From a bacterium (lineage in GTDB: Bacteria; DUMJ01), in NCBI GenBank assembly GCA_049970495.1, contig JBMFMV010000001.1, positions 45,425-109,424 of the forward strand: a DNA stretch of 64,000 nt, given 5' to 3'. The position numbers and the translations under genes are program-made. Shown piece by piece: positions 10,393-20,884 of this stretch (its first letter is position 1; each line of letters opens with the position of its first letter). Below the pieces are notes generated by a model that did not search any database, was not told where the DNA came from, and saw only the letters and a list, made by a program, of their open reading frames with translations.

Positions 10393-11235
10393 ATGTTGAA
10401 AAAGGGGATTAATATCTGGTCATTTCCACAGGGGATGAGTATCGAAGAGTGTATGAAGATAGCCAAAGATGCAGGTTTTGATGGAATAGAACTTTCTATA
10501 ACAGAGAGTGGAGAGCTTGGCTTAGATAGTAGAGAAAGCGATATCTTAAAGTATAAGAAGATAGCAGAAGATATAGGTATAGAGATAAGTGGTCTTGCCG
10601 CAGGTTTATACTGGAAATATCCGTTTACTAGCAGTTCTAAAGATATTAGAGAAAAGGCAAGGGATATATGCAAGAAACAGCTAGAGTTTGCAAGTATCTT
10701 GGGAGTTGATACAATCCTAGTCGTCCCAGGATATGTAGGTGTAGATTGGATGCCAGGGGCAGAAGTGATAGAGTATGATAGGGCTTATGACTATGCGTTA
10801 GAGGCTATAACTGAATTATCAAAGTTCGCAGAATCTTGTAAGGTATGCATAGGGGTAGAGAATGTATGGAATAAATTCTTACTATCACCTCTGGAGATGA
10901 GAGATTTTATAGACAAGATTAACTCTAGATACGTAGGTGCCTATCTGGATGTTGGTAATATTATCTACATAGGATATCCTGAACACTGGATAAAGATACT
11001 CGGTAGCAGGATAAAGAAGATTCATGTAAAAGATTATAGAAGACAAGGGTGTGGATTAGCAGGCTTCGTAGATCTACTCGCAGGAGATGTAGATTTTCCT
11101 AAAGTGATTTCTGCATTGAAAGATGTAGGGTATGACAACTATCTAAATGCAGAGATGTCTGCATATAAGCATTATCCTCTACAAATGATATATAACACAT
11201 CTAAATCTATGGATAAGATACTTGGGAGGGGATAG
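10393..11235 (+). CDS. Sugar phosphate isomerase/epimerase (xylose isomerase-like TIM barrel)
   Basis: AGFDGIEL, ENVWNKFL, DVGN, HVKD metal ligands; ATG at 10393 after GGAGGTGA. Confidence 0.85.
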   Translation: MLKKGINIWSFPQGMSIEECMKIAKDAGFDGIELSITESGELGLDSRESDILKYKKIAEDIGIEISGLAAGLYWKYPFTSSSKDIREKARDICKKQLEFASILGVDTILVVPGYVGVDWMPGAEVIEYDRAYDYALEAITELSKFAESCKVCIGVENVWNKFLLSPLEMRDFIDKINSRYVGAYLDVGNIIYIGYPEHWIKILGSRIKKIHVKDYRRQGCGLAGFVDLLAGDVDFPKVISALKDVGYDNYLNAEMSAYKHYPLQMIYNTSKSMDKILGRG

Positions 11236-11236
11236 A

Positions 11237-12262
11237 ATGTTAAAAGTAGGACTTATAGGAATAGGCTTTATGGGAAGAGGACACTTAGATAACTATATAA
11301 GACTTGAATCTGAAGGGTTTCCTATCAAGCTTGTAGCTATATGCGATATAGACCCGGCTAAGTTTGAGAATAAGTTTATACCAGGGAATATAGATGTAGG
11401 GACAAAAAAGTATGATTTTAATAGATATAGACTCTATACAAATCTTGACGAGATGTTAGAGAAGGAAGAATTAGACTATGTTGATATCTGCCTTCCAACC
11501 TATTTACATGCAGAGGCAACTATAAAGGCTCTAGATAGAGGTATGCATGTCTTATGTGAAAAGCCAATGGCTCTAAACTCTAAACAGTGTATAGAGATGA
11601 TAGAAGCAGCAAAGAGGAATAATAAAAAGCTAATGATAGGACACTGTCTCAGATTCTGGCCTGAGTATGAATACCTAAAGGAATGTGTAGAGACGGAAAG
11701 ATTTGGCAAATTCTTAGGTGGATATTTCTATAGGGGTGGCGGAACTCCTAAGTGGTCCTATGAGAACTGGCTTCTTACTAAAGAAAAGAGTGGAGGCTGT
11801 ATCTTAGATCAGCATATACATGACGTAGATACAATAAATTGGCTCTTCGGAAAGCCTACTGCGGTTACAACAATAGCCAGAAATGTCATACCAGGGAGTG
11901 GATATGATATAGTCTCAACAAACTACATATACCCTGATGGAAAGGTTATAAATGCACAAGATGACTGGACACTTCAGGGGGATTATGGATTCGAGATGTT
12001 ATTTAGGGCAAACTTCGAAAGAGGAAATCTTATCTTCCAACAGGGGGTCTTAAGGGTAAATCCAAATGATGGTAAGAGTTTTATCCCGGAGCTTCCAAAG
12101 GAAATGGGTTATTATAGAGAGATCAAATATTTTGCTGAGTGTATTCTTAACGATAAACCTATTACTGTAGCTCCTCCAGAGAGCAGTAAAGAGACAATAG
12201 AAATAGTAGAGGCTGAGATAAGATCTGCCGACAATAAAGGTGAAATAACACCTGTATTATAA
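11237..12262 (+). CDS. Gfo/Idh/MocA family NAD-dependent oxidoreductase
   Basis: GIGFMG Rossmann motif, CEKPMA, GG..LDQHIHD. Confidence 0.92.
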   Translation: MLKVGLIGIGFMGRGHLDNYIRLESEGFPIKLVAICDIDPAKFENKFIPGNIDVGTKKYDFNRYRLYTNLDEMLEKEELDYVDICLPTYLHAEATIKALDRGMHVLCEKPMALNSKQCIEMIEAAKRNNKKLMIGHCLRFWPEYEYLKECVETERFGKFLGGYFYRGGGTPKWSYENWLLTKEKSGGCILDQHIHDVDTINWLFGKPTAVTTIARNVIPGSGYDIVSTNYIYPDGKVINAQDDWTLQGDYGFEMLFRANFERGNLIFQQGVLRVNPNDGKSFIPELPKEMGYYREIKYFAECILNDKPITVAPPESSKETIEIVEAEIRSADNKGEITPVL

Positions 12263-12267
12263 GATGC

Positions 12268-12290
12268 GCCCCGGAGGTTCCGGGGCTTTT
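12268..12290 (+). terminator. Intrinsic terminator between convergent genes
   Basis: GCCCCGGA-GGT-TCCGGGGC followed by TTTT. Confidence 0.8.
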
Positions 12291-13552
12291 CATATCTTCT
12301 CTAACACTTTACTAGTCTCTTCTATTAATACATCCTCTATATCCTGAGAAAATGGAAATACATTAAAGATCTTTGGTGCAATGTATGAGGCATAGTCTCC
12401 TCGATCCATATACGCTTCCTTCGTTGGGATATACCCTACAAGGCCATTTGTATATCCAAATGTAAATAACATAGGGAATTTTTTCTTCAATCTTAGTCCA
12501 TACTCGCAGAATATCTCACCAGGTATCCCTATAATCTTAATCTCCCCTATACTTATCCCCTGGATTGGGATATTCTCTATGTATGGATTCTCTTTGAGAC
12601 TCTCATAAGAGAGTTCGGCATCTTTCAGCCACTCTTCTACAAATCTCTGAGCACTCTTATTATCCTTATACACCTCTAGCCAGTATTCTGCATCTTTTTT
12701 CATCTCTTCCTTAGAAGGAATCTGTAGGGGGAGCTCTATCCTCTCTTCAGCAACGCTTATCTTAGGGTTTTCAACCATTTTCCCATACACCTTAGACTTT
12801 AATGCCCTATTGGCTAATATATGACCTAAAAGCTCTATATCTTCCTTTGTTCCTCTTCCCCACCTATTCATATTAGTTACCGGGTCTATATCTCCACAGA
12901 ATCCCTGAAAGAACAAACAATTATAGGCATTTTCTTCCATACAACGGATTAACTCACCTGGCCAGTCGGCTGATATATCTTTAGTCCTCCCAAGAACAAC
13001 AGGATGACAGGCATAATTAGTTAGGAATATACTCTTATCCTGTCTTTCAAATAATAAGACACTTAACTGAGGGTCTATCGGCTCAAACCTCCTTAATCTT
13101 CTATTAAATCCAATAGGCTCTATAATTTCACTGTGATAGTAAAGTTTTGCCTTTTTCAAATTTGCCTTGGCGAAGTCTACACTAGATATAATCTTCTCTT
13201 TCAATTCAGTTAGGTATCTATTATCAACTTCTCCAAGCCCTCGCAATTTCTGAACAGCAGGTCCTGAATGTGTATGTGTACAGCTAAGAGTTATATTCTT
13301 TATCTCCAATCCTTCCTTATTTGCTATGACGCTTCTTAAAGTATCAGCAAAATCTACTGAAAACCCAATTAAGTCACAACTTATAAGGATAGCTTTGTTC
13401 TTACTATCATCAAGATATAAAACCCTAACCTTTAAATCACCTAATATATTTTCCTCTTTTCTATCTAGATAGAATCCATAACCAGTAAGGTCAAGTTTAA
13501 ACTCAGGAGAAGGGGTAATTACACGCTCTCCATAACCAACTAATAGTTCCAT
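12290..13552 (-). CDS. Neutral/alkaline ceramidase-like metallo-amidohydrolase
   Basis: ITP, CTHTHSGP, NYACHP, ISADWPG, FFQG.CGDI.P, PGE, GY.NG..GYIP motifs. Confidence 0.75.
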   Translation of the reverse strand: MELLVGYGERVITPSPEFKLDLTGYGFYLDRKEENILGDLKVRVLYLDDSKNKAILISCDLIGFSVDFADTLRSVIANKEGLEIKNITLSCTHTHSGPAVQKLRGLGEVDNRYLTELKEKIISSVDFAKANLKKAKLYYHSEIIEPIGFNRRLRRFEPIDPQLSVLLFERQDKSIFLTNYACHPVVLGRTKDISADWPGELIRCMEENAYNCLFFQGFCGDIDPVTNMNRWGRGTKEDIELLGHILANRALKSKVYGKMVENPKISVAEERIELPLQIPSKEEMKKDAEYWLEVYKDNKSAQRFVEEWLKDAELSYESLKENPYIENIPIQGISIGEIKIIGIPGEIFCEYGLRLKKKFPMLFTFGYTNGLVGYIPTKEAYMDRGDYASYIAPKIFNVFPFSQDIEDVLIEETSKVLEKI

Positions 13553-13638
13553 AATTATCCTCCTAATAGGGATATTTTTTAGATATTATAACCCACTATG
13601 GTATAATTTAGTTAGAAAAATTTTTAAGGAAGGGATGG

Positions 13639-14349
13639 GTGATGTTTTCAAAGGCTCTATTAATAATTCTGTTTATACTGATATTTGTAGGGATTACTTA
13701 CGGGAATGAGAATAGCGTAGAGATTACATATTTTGGCCATTCCATGTTTTTAATAAAATCTAGCTCTATCTCTATAGTTACCGACCCCTTTAATCCTGCA
13801 GTTGGATTCCCCTTACCTGATGTAAAATCAGATATAGTAACTGTAAGTCACGAACATTCTGATCATAATAACGTGTCTCTTGTAAAGGGTAGTCCTGTAA
13901 TAGTCAATGGTAATGCAGAGGTCAAAGGGATAAAGTTTATAGGAATCTCTTCATACCATGATAACAAAGGCGGGACATTAAGAGGTAATAATACCATTAT
14001 AAAGTGGGTTCTAGATGGTATAATCTTTGCCCACTTTGGAGACTACGGAGAGGATGAACTTACAAAAGAACAGTATGAGAAACTTAAAGGCACAGATGTG
14101 ATATTTATACCAGTGGGTGGGGTATATACCATTGATGTAGAAAAGGCTCTTAGTATTATAAGAAAGATAGAACCTAAGATGGCTATTATTATGCACTATA
14201 GGGTAAACTCTTATGGATTAAGAGTCCTAGCATCTATAGAGGATATAAAAAGGATAATCCCTGAACTAGAAAAGATGCCTTCTACTATAAAGATTTCAAA
14301 GAGTTCTCTTCCAACAAATACTAAGATTGTCTATATGGAGATAAAGTAA
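13639..14349 (+). CDS. Metallo-beta-lactamase-fold hydrolase with N-terminal signal/anchor
   Basis: GHSMF, TDPF, SHEHSDHN, H.GD, IPVGG, MHY; hydrophobic N-terminus. Confidence 0.85.
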   Translation: MMFSKALLIILFILIFVGITYGNENSVEITYFGHSMFLIKSSSISIVTDPFNPAVGFPLPDVKSDIVTVSHEHSDHNNVSLVKGSPVIVNGNAEVKGIKFIGISSYHDNKGGTLRGNNTIIKWVLDGIIFAHFGDYGEDELTKEQYEKLKGTDVIFIPVGGVYTIDVEKALSIIRKIEPKMAIIMHYRVNSYGLRVLASIEDIKRIIPELEKMPSTIKISKSSLPTNTKIVYMEIK

Positions 14350-14356
14350 CACAAAC

Positions 14357-14385
14357 TTGACAGATAGAATTAGATAATATAAACT
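14357..14385 (+). promoter_or_regulatory. Putative leuS promoter
   Basis: TTGACA, 17 bp spacer, TAAACT upstream of SD GGAGG. Confidence 0.55.
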
Positions 14386-14439
14386 CATACTCAATAAAAA
14401 AACTATATCAGTTGGTTGATGGAGGGTTAAGGCGATAGT

Positions 14440-16884
14440 ATGGATTATAATCCTAAAGTTATAGAAGAGAAGTGGCAAAAAAGGTGGGCTAATGAAGGCT
14501 TAAATGAGGCTAAAAATGATACTTCCTTACCTAAGGCTTATATCTTAGAGATGTTTCCCTACCCATCTGGGGATATACATATGGGACATGTAAGAAATTA
14601 TGTCCTTGGTGACGTAATTGCCAGATATTACAGATTCAAAGGGTACAATGTCTTGCATCCTATGGGTTGGGATGCCTTTGGTCTTCCCGCAGAAAATGCG
14701 GCAATAAAAAGAGGAATACACCCTGCAAAGTGGACCTGGAGTAACATAGAAAATATGAAAAAACAACTAAAGCGATTAGGTATATCTTATGACTGGAACA
14801 GAGAGCTAGCAACATGTGATCCAAGCTACTACAAATGGACTCAGTGGTTCTTCTTACTTATGTACAAGAGAGGTCTAGCTTATAAGGGTAAAGCAAAGGT
14901 AAATTGGTGTCCAAATTGTAAGACGGTTACAGCAAATGAAGAGGTAATAGATGGGACCTGTTGGAGATGCCATCAACCTGTAGAAGAGAGATATCTGGAA
15001 CAATGGTTCTTCAAGATTACAGACTATGCAGAAAGACTCTTAAATGACCTTGACAAGCTATCTGGCTGGCCTGAGCATGTAAAGACTATGCAGAAAAACT
15101 GGATAGGTAAGAGTGTTGGGGCTGAGATAGTCTTTAAGATAAAAGAGATAGATAGAGACGTCAAAGTCTTTACCACTAGACCTGATACACTCTTTGGTGC
15201 CACATTCTTTGCTATACCACATGAGTCTAGTCTTATAGAAGAGATGAAAAAATCCCCTCTATTCAAAAAGGAAGAGGTAGAAAAATTAATCTCAAAGATA
15301 AATATATTAGGTAGTGAAAAAGAGAAACTTGGAGTCTTTACTGGGCTTCATGCTGTAAATCCTATCAACGGGGAAGAGATTCCTGTATGGATAACTAACT
15401 ATGTCCTACAGGAGTATGGAACGGGTGCAATTATGGGTGTTCCTGCTCACGATGAAAGGGACTTTGACTTTGCTAAGAAGTATGGGATCCCTATAAGGAC
15501 AGTTATTTTGCCTCCAGGAGGGTCTCCTGATGGAGAATTAGAAGTCTCATATATAGGGGAAGGCTTATTGGTAAACTCCTCCATATTTAACGGTTTATAC
15601 AATGAGATAGCAAAAGTTAAGATAGTAGAATATCTCCAGAGAAAGGGGCTTGCAGAACCTAAAGTAAACTATAGACTCAGAGACTGGCTCATATCCCGTC
15701 AGAGATATTGGGGTGCCCCTATTCCAATCGTATACTGTGATAAGTGCGGGATAGTACCTGTGCCTGAGGAAGATTTACCAGTTCTCCTACCTGAGGATAT
15801 AGACTTTACCCCTACTGGGAGTATATCACCACTAGCTAAGTCTGAAGAGTTTGTAAATACTACCTGTCCAAAGTGTGGGGGACCGGCCAAGAGAGAAACA
15901 GATACTATGGCAACATTTATATGCTCCTCTTGGTATTACTACAGGTTTACCGATCCCCACAATGAAAAGGCTCCTTTTAGTAAAGAAGCGGTGACTTACT
16001 GGATGCCTGTAGATAGATACATTGGAGGGGTAGAACACGCAGTCTTACACCTTTTATACTCCAGATTCTTTACTAAGGTCTTATATGATGCAGGATATAT
16101 AAACTTTGAGGAACCATTCACTAATCTATTCACACAAGGGATGGTGCTAAAGGATGGGACAGCGATGTCCAAGTCATTAGGTAACATAGTAGAGCCATCT
16201 CCTATAATAGAAAAATACTCCGCAGATACCTTAAGGCTATTCATCCTCTTTGCATCTCCCCCAGAGAAGGAGTTAGAGTGGAGTGACGAGGGTGTTGATG
16301 GAATGTGGAGGTTCCTCAACCGCGTATGGAGACTCTACAATGAGTTGATCCCAGTCCTTAATAACAGTAATGATGCTATCGATAGTGGAATAGATAGAGA
16401 ACTTGTAAGGTGGAAACACACCACAATAAAAAGGGTGACAGAAGACATAATAGAAAGATTTCATCTAAATACTGCTATAAGTGCATTGATGGAGTGGAGT
16501 AATTTCCTCGGTGGGAATATAGAAGCGGTAAAGAGGGCAAGAAAAACTACTCTTAAGGACACTTTAGAGACATTCCTCATACTCCTAGCACCATTTACTC
16601 CGCATATAGCAGAAGAACTTTGGGAGATTTTAGGACATAAGGAGAGCATTTTTAGGGAGAAATGGCCTGAGTATGACCCTAACCTTATGAAGCAATTTGA
16701 ATACGAGTTGATAATCCAAGTAGACGGAAAACTCAGAGATAAGATAAAGACAGGGGAAAGAGATATGGAAAAGTTAAAGGAGATTGTCCTACAGCTCCCT
16801 AGAGTAAAAAAATTTACTGAGGGCAAAGAGATAAAGAATATTATTACAGTCCCTGAAAAACTTATAAACATTGTAACAGGCTGA
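14440..16884 (+). CDS. leuS: Leucine--tRNA ligase
   Basis: MFPYPSG..HMGH, editing-domain TTRPDT and [28 protein letters not shown]. Confidence 0.98.
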   Translation: MDYNPKVIEEKWQKRWANEGLNEAKNDTSLPKAYILEMFPYPSGDIHMGHVRNYVLGDVIARYYRFKGYNVLHPMGWDAFGLPAENAAIKRGIHPAKWTWSNIENMKKQLKRLGISYDWNRELATCDPSYYKWTQWFFLLMYKRGLAYKGKAKVNWCPNCKTVTANEEVIDGTCWRCHQPVEERYLEQWFFKITDYAERLLNDLDKLSGWPEHVKTMQKNWIGKSVGAEIVFKIKEIDRDVKVFTTRPDTLFGATFFAIPHESSLIEEMKKSPLFKKEEVEKLISKINILGSEKEKLGVFTGLHAVNPINGEEIPVWITNYVLQEYGTGAIMGVPAHDERDFDFAKKYGIPIRTVILPPGGSPDGELEVSYIGEGLLVNSSIFNGLYNEIAKVKIVEYLQRKGLAEPKVNYRLRDWLISRQRYWGAPIPIVYCDKCGIVPVPEEDLPVLLPEDIDFTPTGSISPLAKSEEFVNTTCPKCGGPAKRETDTMATFICSSWYYYRFTDPHNEKAPFSKEAVTYWMPVDRYIGGVEHAVLHLLYSRFFTKVLYDAGYINFEEPFTNLFTQGMVLKDGTAMSKSLGNIVEPSPIIEKYSADTLRLFILFASPPEKELEWSDEGVDGMWRFLNRVWRLYNELIPVLNNSNDAIDSGIDRELVRWKHTTIKRVTEDIIERFHLNTAISALMEWSNFLGGNIEAVKRARKTTLKDTLETFLILLAPFTPHIAEELWEILGHKESIFREKWPEYDPNLMKQFEYELIIQVDGKLRDKIKTGERDMEKLKEIVLQLPRVKKFTEGKEIKNIITVPEKLINIVTG

Positions 16885-16885
16885 G

Positions 16886-17473
16886 ATGACTAATAGGGAA
16901 AAGTATTTAGTAGGTATAATTATAATTCTAATTGGTGCTCTTCTTTTCTCTCTAAATAAGCCTGTTAAAGAGGAAAAGAAAGAGTCCTCTATTATTATTG
17001 AAGAAAAAGATAATAGTAAGATTAGCAATACAAAGGTTGCGGTTCATATAGGTGGTGCAGTGAAAAGTCCTGGTTTATACTATCTACCAGCGAATTCAAG
17101 AGTTGCTGATGCTATCCAGACTGCAGGAGGACCAACTTCTGATGCGGACCTAGATGCAATAAATCTGGCAAGCAAAGTAACTGATAGTTCAAAGATCTTA
17201 GTACCCTCTAAGGTAAGGGGGGTAAATGATATAGTAGCTGAGAAGACTCTTCAAGGCGAATCTTCTGAGCCTTCTAATACCAAAATAAATATAAATACCG
17301 CAAGCGCCAAAGAGCTAGAAGAACTGCCAGGGATAGGTCCAGCCCTTGCCAATAGGATAGTCTCCTATAGGGAGACAAATGGCCCATTTAAGAGTATAGA
17401 AGATTTAAAGAAAGTCTCAGGTATAGGTGAGAAAAGATTCGAGGCTATAAAGGATTTGATTGTTGTGGAATGA
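16886..17473 (+). CDS. comEA: Competence DNA receptor ComEA
   Basis: N-terminal transmembrane helix, SLBB domain (GAVKSPGLY), ININTA..L..LPGIG HhH repeats. Confidence 0.93.
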   Translation: MTNREKYLVGIIIILIGALLFSLNKPVKEEKKESSIIIEEKDNSKISNTKVAVHIGGAVKSPGLYYLPANSRVADAIQTAGGPTSDADLDAINLASKVTDSSKILVPSKVRGVNDIVAEKTLQGESSEPSNTKININTASAKELEELPGIGPALANRIVSYRETNGPFKSIEDLKKVSGIGEKRFEAIKDLIVVE

Positions 17474-18836
17474 GATAAAAAATAGACCAAGCGTTATTAT
17501 TTTTCTTTCTATAGTTATTGGAACACTTCTATTTAGATATACTAATCTAATTTTTATTCCCTTTTTATTTTTAGGGCTGACATTTCTCTTTATAGAAGAG
17601 AAGATAAGTCTTATTATAGTAATAATACTCTTGAGTGCATGGTGGACATCTAAAAACTATGAAAAATACATTAATTCGATTAGAGAGATAGAAAAGATAT
17701 CTAATGATGAAATCCGTATGGTCTGTTCTGTAAAAGATGCATCAAGGTATGGATTAAAGGTAGATAAGATAACAATAGATAAAACAAGATATTACGGAGT
17801 ATTAGAGGTAAAGGTAAGAGAAAACACCTATCAATATGGTGATAAGTTATATATAGTCGGAAAACTGTATAAAAATAGGGTAATAGACATAGACAAAAAG
17901 CTTTTTCAGGAGAGGATTATAGGGACAGTATACCCTAATAAGGTGAAAATTCTATCTAAACCCAGTTTTTCTCTTAAGCGGTCTCTTTATATTATAAGAA
18001 CTAAAATAAGAGATAAGGTATCTCTATTTCTTAATCCTGAAGAGCGAGAACTTACTATGGCTATGGTCTTAGGGATAAGCGATGAACTCCCATATGATAT
18101 ATACAAGAACTTTAAAGTCACAGGACTCATTCACACATTAGTAGTATCAGGGGCACAGGTCTCTATAATCGTTTCTAGTATAATACCTTTTTTAACAGGT
18201 TTACAGCTATTAATCTTATTTCCACTAGTTTTCTTGTATGCCCTTATCACCGGACTGGAGATAAGTGTAATAAGAGCAAGTATTATGATGGGTATAAATA
18301 TTTTAGCCCGTATCATACATGAAGACTATGACCCTCCATCAAGTCTTGCATTTTCAGGTATAGTAATCTTACTTTTTGATCCATTATCCATTTTTAGCTC
18401 AAGCTTTCAATTAAGCTTTTTAGCAACATTCAGCCTTATAAGTATTGCCCCTTATTTGAGAGTAAAAAGGCTAGACTTTATGATGCCAACGATAACAGTC
18501 CAAGGGATTCTGGCTCCTCTACTTTTATACAAGAATGGTTCATTGCCTCTAATAAGCTTCCCAATAAATATAATAGTCTCCCCATTAATCTCCATCTTAA
18601 CTATAGGTAGTTTTATTTTGGCGCTATCTACATTCACCTTCCCCTTTATTACTTATCTGATAAGTATTATAATAAAACCGATTATTCATCTCCTATTGCG
18701 TATAATAGTCTTTGGTAATAAAATGTCGTATGATATTAAGTACAGCCCTAGTATAATAGAATTGATAGCTACATATATTATTATTGGAGGACTAATCTAT
18801 ATTGGATATACCAGATTATATAAAGACGATAAATGA
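17460..18836 (+). CDS. comEC: Competence DNA channel ComEC (no C-terminal MBL domain)
   Basis: TGLIHTLVVSG, RA..M and SFQLSFLAT competence-domain motifs; many transmembrane segments; lies between comEA and holA. Confidence 0.88.
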   Translation: MLWNEIKNRPSVIIFLSIVIGTLLFRYTNLIFIPFLFLGLTFLFIEEKISLIIVIILLSAWWTSKNYEKYINSIREIEKISNDEIRMVCSVKDASRYGLKVDKITIDKTRYYGVLEVKVRENTYQYGDKLYIVGKLYKNRVIDIDKKLFQERIIGTVYPNKVKILSKPSFSLKRSLYIIRTKIRDKVSLFLNPEERELTMAMVLGISDELPYDIYKNFKVTGLIHTLVVSGAQVSIIVSSIIPFLTGLQLLILFPLVFLYALITGLEISVIRASIMMGINILARIIHEDYDPPSSLAFSGIVILLFDPLSIFSSSFQLSFLATFSLISIAPYLRVKRLDFMMPTITVQGILAPLLLYKNGSLPLISFPINIIVSPLISILTIGSFILALSTFTFPFITYLISIIIKPIIHLLLRIIVFGNKMSYDIKYSPSIIELIATYIIIGGLIYIGYTRLYKDDK

Positions 18837-19743
18837 GTTAAAGTCTGGCGAAGTTTCTCATATATATGTATTAAGTGGAGACTGGGATTTCCTAAAAGAT
18901 GATATAATCTCTAGGATCTATACATTCTTAAGATCTAAGGGTGATACGGTAATAATACGGACAGAGTCAGAGGTAGAGTTAGACAAAGAGATAAAAAATG
19001 CAAAGAGTGTCCTTATACCTACTGTAAAATTAATTATAGCAAGGCTTAATAGCCCTCCTAAGCTTAAAACCCTTCCTGAAGATATATATGTAGTTATAGA
19101 TACAGATTCGATTATCAAGATACCTAGGAGTAAACAGGTAAATCTATCCCCCCCTAGTCCAAGAGAAGTTGATGTCTATATAAAAGAGATTATAAGAGGT
19201 TTAGCTAGATACTACAATAAAGTAATAGATGAAAGTTCCATAAGTATGCTTGCCTCTAGTCTTGTACAGGCTCCATATCTTCTCCTATCAGTATGGAATA
19301 CCCTCCTACTTCTGACAGGAGATAAGGAGATTATAGAAGAGGCTGATATAAGAGAAGTAATGAAGAGTATCCCTACTCTTACTGGTTTTCAACTTATAGA
19401 CCTATTAGAGAGAGGAAGAACACAAGAAGCCCTCTTCTTATTAAGAAAAGAATATTATCCAGATAGTGAAATAATGCAATTACTTTCTGCTTTAAGAAAG
19501 AGATACAAACTTATCTTGTACGCAAAGACGATAAATCCTCAAGATACAGAACTGGCTAAATTTTTTAATATCTCTAGTGGATACGCAAGGTTTATTCTGA
19601 GCATAAGTAGAGATTATCCACTAGATAATCTGATACAAAAAATAAAACTCCTCCTCTCAATCGAGAGGAGGGTAAAGACGGGGGAATTAAAACCAAAAGA
19701 AGGCCTAGAAGACTTTATTCTTTTCCTAGGCCTGAGCGATTAA
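18802..19743 (+). CDS. holA: DNA polymerase III delta subunit (divergent)
   Basis: Conserved comEC-holA-rpsT position; N-terminal Y.L.G...FL and C-terminal L...E...KTG patterns. Confidence 0.7.
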   Translation: MDIPDYIKTINELKSGEVSHIYVLSGDWDFLKDDIISRIYTFLRSKGDTVIIRTESEVELDKEIKNAKSVLIPTVKLIIARLNSPPKLKTLPEDIYVVIDTDSIIKIPRSKQVNLSPPSPREVDVYIKEIIRGLARYYNKVIDESSISMLASSLVQAPYLLLSVWNTLLLLTGDKEIIEEADIREVMKSIPTLTGFQLIDLLERGRTQEALFLLRKEYYPDSEIMQLLSALRKRYKLILYAKTINPQDTELAKFFNISSGYARFILSISRDYPLDNLIQKIKLLLSIERRVKTGELKPKEGLEDFILFLGLSD

Positions 19744-20013
19744 CATCTGAGACTCTAATAGACTGAGCCTCTTCATTAATCTAGACTTCTTTCTACTTGC
19801 TGTATTATCGTGTATAATGTTCTTCTTAGCTGCCTTGTCAAGTAAACTACATACAAGGCTTATCTGTGATTTTGCTGCGTTTACATCTCTTGCCTCTATA
19901 TATGCCAAAAACTTTTTAACCTCAGTCTTAATCCTAGATTTAACAGCCTTATTCCTTTCAGCCTTTCTTCTAGAAGATCTAAGCTGTTTCTTAGCAGACC
20001 TTGTATTCGGCAC
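19726..20013 (-). CDS. rpsT: 30S ribosomal protein S20
   Basis: MPNTRSAKK, LDKAAKKNIIHDNTASRKKSRL; GTG start after SD GGAGG. Confidence 0.97.
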   Translation of the reverse strand: MPNTRSAKKQLRSSRRKAERNKAVKSRIKTEVKKFLAYIEARDVNAAKSQISLVCSLLDKAAKKNIIHDNTASRKKSRLMKRLSLLESQMLIAQA

Positions 20014-20174
20014 TTATTTGACCTCCATCCTTTATTCTAATTCTCTCTAGAAAGTATACCACAATTATATCTGAACTTTCAAGAGCCCAACATTCCTCAA
20101 CAGAAATTACTCAATTAAATTAGCCCCTCTGGAGGATATCTTTTCATTACCTCCAAGAGAAAGCTCCATATTCT

Positions 20175-20768
20175 TTGGGCTTAACAAAAAGAGATAGAGA
20201 CGGTTACAGACTACGTCCAGATGGAAAGACATTAACTGTAACTATTGATGCATCCACCCATCATACACCAAGTATAGACATTATGCAGTTAGTAGTAAAA
20301 TATTGGAAAGATCTAGGTATAAAGGCAGAAGTAAAAGTGATGGAAAGGTCTCTCTTTGAGACGAGACATCCTGCAAATGAACATGAGATGCATGCGTTTA
20401 CTACTAGCTTTGGTGCAGATGGTTACTCTGGTGATAGGTCTCCCAATACTAGATGGTGTCCACTATGGTATAACTGGCTTAATACTGGAGGAAAGATCGG
20501 CGAAGAACCACCCAAAGAGGTAAAGAAACTTTGGCAATTAATGAATGAGGAATTCTTCTCTACTAAAAGTGAGGCTAAGAGAATAGCAATATTAAAAGAA
20601 GCTATGAGATTACATGCAGATAATCTTTGGATTATAGGAACTGCCGGTGTAACATGGATGATGGGTATTGCAAGGAATAACCTAAGAAATGTCCCTGATA
20701 CTGGATTTACTTGGCATCCAGCTTCACCAGGTGTCTTTAGACCAGAGCAATTTTTCTTTAAGAAGTAA
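20175..20768 (+). pseudogene. C-terminal fragment of a family-5 ABC substrate-binding protein
   Basis: Begins at GLTKRDRDGYRLRPDGKTL, an internal motif of the full-length paralogs at 56591 and 59503, and ends PEQFFFKK. No SD or signal peptide. Confidence 0.8.
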
Positions 20769-20884
20769 ATTGTAATATTTAGACAGACCCTTCTAGATTG
20801 CTTCATGGTTACCTCCTCACGATTGCAGGAAAGATTATAAAAAACGGAATTTTATATAGTCTAGTATAATTTTTATAAAAATCT

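Noticed and set aside
14350..14439. T-box leader before leuS (also considered for gltX, cysS, metG, lysS)
   Set aside because: Leaders are too short or absent; no T-box sequence (AAT..AGGTGGTACC) or terminator is visible.
19726..19743. Convergent 18-bp overlap of holA and rpsT
   Set aside because: holA/rpsT convergence is a common arrangement and short 3' overlaps are unremarkable.
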